A DNA stretch of 64,000 nt, filler included, from Basidiobolus ranarum (taxonomy: Eukaryota), in assembly GCA_040143965.1 (NCBI GenBank). It is 11 parts of 11 records of this genome, joined end to end, with 100 filler letters (N's around TTAATTAATTAA, not from the genome) between each part and the next. Parts side by side here need not be neighbours in the genome. Positions count along the whole stretch, not along the records: positions 58,486 to 64,000 come from JASJQH010008448.1; 10 more parts are not named here. One strand, written 5' to 3'. Under the pieces are notes generated by a model. That model saw nothing but the letters and a program-made list of their open reading frames with translations. It had not been told where the DNA came from and made no database searches. The translations under genes were made by a program, and so were the position numbers. Below, in pieces: positions 58,549 to 64,000 of the stretch. Position 1 is the stretch's first letter. Each line of letters starts with the position of its first letter.

Positions 58549-61500
58549 TTTTAAGTGGGAAAGCCAGAAAGTACTCACGTATCCCTTAGTAGATACTTGC
58601 AATATCTTTTCATTCATATGCTTTCAATTCATCCAACCACTCATACTTTTCGGACGCAAAAATGAAATTTCTGAGGACCACTTGCATGATTTGGGAAAAC
58701 GTGACGAAGTTGGACAGCTTACTAAGCGACTGGTTCGCGAATGGAGCATCCAAGCAAAAAAAGAGAACCCTAGTTTCTGGAAAACTTGTTGGAGGGTTTT
58801 TGGACCTTACTATGGTTTGACTTTTTTCATTGGTTGTATTGAAGCCACTGCTCAGATTGCTGAAGCCGTCATACTCGGGTAAGTTTAATATTTATGATCC
58901 CTTCTGTAGCAAGATGGGCTGATACCAACCAACTATTAGATAGACCGGTTAAATTGACCATTCTCTACACAACTTGATGAGATCACGATGATGCAACTGA
59001 TATTCATATCAACCTTGGTGATTGTTAACAAGCATTGGGTTCGATTTCTATCGAGCTATATGGAACGATCTGTACTACAGTTCTGATTCTTTGGCTTGGT
59101 TGCTTCGATTGATGATCGGTTTGTGAGGGGATGGTTTATTAGTTGGTTGTGTAGCAGAAGATATCGGATACCTTATTCAAGAAATTATTCTAACTATTGA
59201 AGTTGTAATTTAGGTATCTCATTCGCTTCTTTCAGAATGAGGATGCCCCTATGCGTGAAGGATACCTATATGCCTTGACACTAGCTCTATGTACTTTTAT
59301 TCATTCTATAATTCATCATCATTATTATTTCCCCGCTCTCAGAACCGGCCTTCATATGAGAATGGGTTTGATTGCGCTAATGTATCGGAAGTGCCTATCG
59401 TTATCTGTGTCATCGGCAATCTCCACTGGTGCGATCGTTAACTTAATTTCCAATGATGTTCAGCCATTCGAAAATGCTTCGTCTGTCGCTACTTGGCTTA
59501 TTATCGGACCTTTACAAGGGATTGTGGTTATTGTTCTCCTCTACCGTGAAATTGGGCCTTCTGTATTTGCTGGTTTGTGCGCATTCCTTGTTCTTCTACC
59601 GTTGCAAGGGTATTTTGCGAAACGCTTCTCTTATATGAGAGAAGAAACCGTTAAGTATCGTGATGATCGTATTAGATCTCTATCCGATGTTCTTTCTGGT
59701 ATTAACTTGGTTAAACTCTCTGCTTGGGAAGATGCTCTCCGTCAGTGTATTAGTGAGCTCCGAGAAAAGGAATTGAAATATATTGGCAAAGCCAATAATA
59801 TGCGTGCATTCAACATGGCTAGTTACTTTTTCTTTCAAAGCGTGATTTCTGTATTCACTTTCATTACTTATTGGGCCCTAGGAGAACCTTTCCGAGCTGA
59901 CAAAGTGTTCGTTTCCCTCACTTTGTTTAATGTTATGCGGATGACTATGGCCAATTATTTCCCTCAAGCACTCGCTTCCTTTGCCGAAGCTCGGGTTTCT
60001 GCCAACAGAATTAAGGAGTTCTTATTGTTACCAGAACTCAAACCACTAGAGTCCAGCAAAGAAACTGTTGATAAGAGCAGTGAGGCGGAACATTCCACTT
60101 CATTCGATGAAACCGGTGAAGATAGCAAGATGGATGCAAAGAAGAATGATATCGAGAGCAGCGTGAAATCCAACTTTATTTTAGAGATGAACAATGCATC
60201 ATTTCGTTGGTCTATCTTTGCTGATTCTGAACCATCAGGTGCTAAAGTTTCCAATATTGTGATCGATAGTGAAACTAATAAGAACACTGATCATTCAGTG
60301 CTCAGGAGTCTGCCCTTGAAGCTAGGTTTCCAAGAGCTCCTTGCAGTTGTTGGTCCTGTTGGTGCAGGTAAAACATCTCTATGTATGGCCATACTGAAGG
60401 AACTTCATATGAGCCATGGTACTATGCATATTGCCACTGGAGCTGATGGAGAGCCTATCAAAATTGCTTATGCTGCTCAATCTCCCTGGTTGTTTGCTGG
60501 TAGCATACGGGAGAATATTCTTTTTGGTGCTACCTATGAGGCTGGGCGATTCCAAAAGGTCATTCAAGTATGCCAACTCGACCGGGATTTCACCATCCTT
60601 AGTAATGGAGAGCATACGATAATAGGTGAAAGAGGTGTTACCCTTTCTGGCGGGCAAAGAGCTCGTGTTGCTCTGGCTCGTGCTGTTTATCAACGAGCTG
60701 ATTTGTACATTCTTGATGATCCTTTGTCCGCAGTAGATCCTCATGTTGGATACAAGATGTTCAATGAATGCATACAGGGTTTTTTGAAGAACAAGGCAGT
60801 AATCCTAGCGACTCATCAACTTCAGTACGTTAAGGATTGTGATTCAGTGATGGTTCTCGAATCTGGAGCTCCAACATTCTATGGTCCCTCAAGGGAGATT
60901 CTTTCAGTTGTGGGTCGATCCGACGAAAAAGTCATCACGGATCAATATCTTCGTAAAACCTTTATCGATGTTCTTAGAGAATATTACTTATCTCACGATG
61001 TTAGTGTTGCTGCTGAAGCGACCGATAATGTCGAAGCAATCGGGCGTTCTAGGAAAAGCTCCATGTCTAGCTTGATCCCAGAAGGAGATTCAGTTGTGGA
61101 AACCTCGGTTGAAGAGTATGACCCTAAGGCTAATCAACTTGTGGCTGAAGATCGAAATATGGAGGGTACTAGCATTCGTACTTACCTTGAATTTTTCCGT
61201 CTTGGATCATCAAATGTTTATTTATGCTTTGTTGTACTCTTATTGTTTGTTGGACAGGGATTCTCTGTGGCTGCCGATTTTTACCTCTCCACATGGACTG
61301 GGCTTGACGACGAGAAGCAAAAAAGTGACGTTCATGCTGGCATTTTTTCTGGACTAGCTATACTTACAGTCATACTTGGCAGCATTCGTGCTTTGTTGTT
61401 CTTTAAAGCGCTCCACAAGTCATCTGAAAACATCTTCAGAGTGATGCTCGACGCGGTTTTGAATACAGATATGAACTTCTTTCAAACTCAACCACAAGGT

Positions 61501-62964
61501 CGTATTCTCAATCGGTTCTCCAAGGATCAGGCTAACTGTGATGAGCTATTACCCTGGAATTTCTTCGATGCAATTCAGTGCTTTTTTATGTTGCTGGGTT
61601 CAATTGTAGTTGTTTGCATCACCAATCCTTGGATTATCATAGCTTTACCGTTTCTCGGATTTATATTCTACACATTGAGACGGTTCTACATGCTTACATC
61701 TCGCCAAATCAAACAAATCGAATCTACCACCAGATCACCAGTTTATTCATTACTTTCCGAAACTTTGGATGGCTTGGCTACAATTCGAGCATTCTCTGAG
61801 CAAGATAGGTTCCTTGATATGTTTATTGCAGCCGAGAATGAAAATTGTCGAGCTTTCTTTATGTATCTTTGCTCAGCAAGATGGCTTGGATTTCGTTTGG
61901 ATACTCTTGCCGCCACTTTCTTGACGATCACCGCATTTGCCTCTGTTGCAGTCCGTGAGACTCAATCGGCTGGGCTCGTAGGCTTATCATTAAGTTACGT
62001 GCTTCAGCTTATGGGATTACTTCAATGGGCAGTTCGACAATCCATCGAAGTAGAAATCACTTTTGTATCTGTTGAGCGTATGCTTTCATATACCAAATTA
62101 CTACCAGAAGGACCTCGTGTAACCGATGTTCGACCACCCAAAGGTTGGCCCCAGAATGCTGAGATTGAGTTCAAAGAAATGTCCCTTACATATCCTGGTT
62201 CCGATAAAACTGTACTTCGAAACATCAATCTAAAGATACGTCGACATGAAAAGGTTGGAGTAGTTGGACGCACTGGTGCAGGCAAATCATCTCTCTTAAC
62301 GGCGTTGTTCCGTCTTATTGAGGCTTCACCATCCGGTTGCATCCTCATCGATGGTATACCAATTTCCGACCTTGGATTGCATGATTTAAGAAATGCCATC
62401 TCTATTATTCCACAAGAGCCATTCCTATTCAAAGGAACGCTTCGGTTTAATTTGGATCCACTCAATGAGCATGATGATCAATCAGTTTGGAGAGCATTGG
62501 AGCTTGCTGAACTCAAAGAGTCCATCAATAGATTACCACAAGGACTTGATACCCCCGTAACTGAAAACGGAAAGAGTTTCTCTATTGGTCAGAGGCAACT
62601 GTTGTCCCTTACTAGAGCTATTCTCCGAAACACCCAACTTTTGGTGATGGACGAAGCCACCGCCAATGTTGATTTGCAATCCGATCGATTCATCCAACGC
62701 TCGATTCATACTTGTTTCCGGGATGCCACCGTCTTAACAATCGCACATCGTCTCAATACAGTCATTGGAGATTACGATCGAATCTTGGTTCTAGATCAAG
62801 GTGAGGTTATGGAATTTGATGAGCCTTGGGTCCTGCTACAGGATGAGAAGGGGTGGCTGTCAGATATGGTTCGTAGTACGGGGCCGGAAAGTGAAAGAGA
62901 CCTACGGACAGTTGCCAGACAGCAATGGGAACGAGTTCATAACAGCATTTGGGATAGTAATTAA
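58549..62964 (+). CDS. ABCC/MRP-family full ABC transporter (MRP4-like); start exon probably outside the contig
   Basis: Exon ~58549-58878 (YPLVDTCNIFSFICFQFIQPLI..G), intron 58879-59213, large exon to TAA 62964. NBD1 GPVGAGKT / LSGGQ / LDDPLSAVD; NBD2 GRTGAGKS / FSIGQ / MDEATANVD; QGRILNRFSKD. Confidence 0.95.
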
Positions 62965-63419
62965 TCAGTCGCCTTCTATTGCCAAGATATTTCATATACA
63001 TAGTCATGTTCGCTAATACCCACTCATTTAAAGAAGTTTTTCGAAGGCTGCTATAAAATACTACTGATATGTTAGTATTCAAATTTTGTCAAGAACTCTA
63101 TTTTATTTCATAATAATCAACCATAGCTCTCATTCCTCCTCTACCGAACTCTTTTTCTCTTCACGATCGTGTAAGAACTCGACACTTTTTCTTCAATCCT
63201 ATCATTACCCTAGTGGATTTACGAATGTTCATGTGCGATTGAGAGACCGGGAATAAGCCTTATTTCAATTATGGTATAGCCGAATATTTCATCCTCGTTC
63301 AGAGGTGTATCCATACCTTCATTGTTCTTAGTTAACCTTTGAATAAATATTAAGATTACTAGTAGATCTAGATTGGTCAAACTGTGGAATATCTTCTGGT
63401 GGACAAAGTGAGGCAAAAG

Positions 63420-64000
63420 TGGATCATGACTTGTAAAAGTGGCTTGAATATGAACATCAAAGGGTTCTTTTATTTAGTAAAAGTTATTTGGATTTTCATT
63501 GGTTGGAATGAACACTGCTGAGCCAACAATGAGTGGATAAGTGAGACAAACTATTTACTGAAACTGCAATGCTACAGATATGATGAGGCAGGTATGGACC
63601 CATATCTTGAATGGAGGTTCACCCAGGGCATGTACCAGATGGCTGGCCAAATTGAAATACTGCCACTCCTTTTGGATCCTGAAGGTAAGATAGGGTAGGT
63701 GGATTGGCAATAGGCATGGTATCATTAGCAGTAACTCCACATATATTCTTGGTTTGATTTCTATTTGCCACACCATAAAACATGAAAGACATGTTTGGGC
63801 TTGAATAGGGGGATGAAAAGCACCAGATGGTGCGGACTTTATTTAGCTTAAATACTAATCTAAACAAAGTGACAATCAAGACATCAATATTTTAAGATAT
63901 TGTGACAATACTGGATCATATCCATACTTAACCTGATGACCAATGTAATCAAGTTCAGAGGATGTAAATATAGTGTTAAGGGGCAAAGGTGGTAAGCAGA
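63420..64000 (-). mobile_element. Possible LTR retroelement relic (LTR end plus gag-like remnant)
   Basis: Abrupt switch to CpG-free sequence; AAGATAT-TGTGACAATA at 63894-63910 resembles the LTR end AAGATAAT-TGTCACAATA at 5015-5032; weak gag-like ALGEPPFKIW peptide. Confidence 0.35.

Noticed and set aside
1..64000. CRISPR arrays, rRNA, tRNA genes, prokaryotic operons
   Set aside because: No repeat-spacer arrays or recognisable structural RNA genes were seen; the sequence is eukaryotic with spliceosomal introns.

Overview
Eukaryotic (fungal) genomic DNA, not a continuous locus. It is a pseudomolecule of 11 unrelated contigs of about 5.7 kb, sorted by decreasing length and joined by ten artificial 100-bp linkers (N44-TTAATTAATTAA-N44). 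Short GT-AG introns and the protein sequences suggest an early-diverging fungus; Basidiobolus-like is an inference only. Intron-containing genes: eIF5A 3' end (last exon only), MED7, CPSF2/CFT2 (with a GC-AG intron), SF3B3/RSE1 3' end, an alpha-arrestin, RNase T2, an ABCC/MRP transporter, a frameshifted cytochrome P450 that the ORF track misses, a SNG1/YhgE-like membrane protein and a probable SulP first exon. Intronless accessory genes: a Bacteroidetes-like IroE/YbbA esterase, a PAF-acetylhydrolase-like hydrolase with a dead tandem copy, a D-amino-acid oxidase, an APH-family phosphotransferase, a BBE-type FAD oxidase fragment, a Gly/Asp/Tyr-rich secreted protein with an internal stop, and a 1123-aa pseudokinase plus ~20 ankyrin-repeat protein. 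Repeats are CpG-depleted and include CACTA-like, Ty1/copia, LTR and probable Tc1 relics, plus a dispersed ~300-bp repeat family with CCCT/AGGG ends. The best leads are the pseudokinase-ankyrin receptor-like gene, the candidate bacterial HGT enzymes and the repeat family. No multi-gene novel system can be claimed, because adjacency across linkers is artificial.
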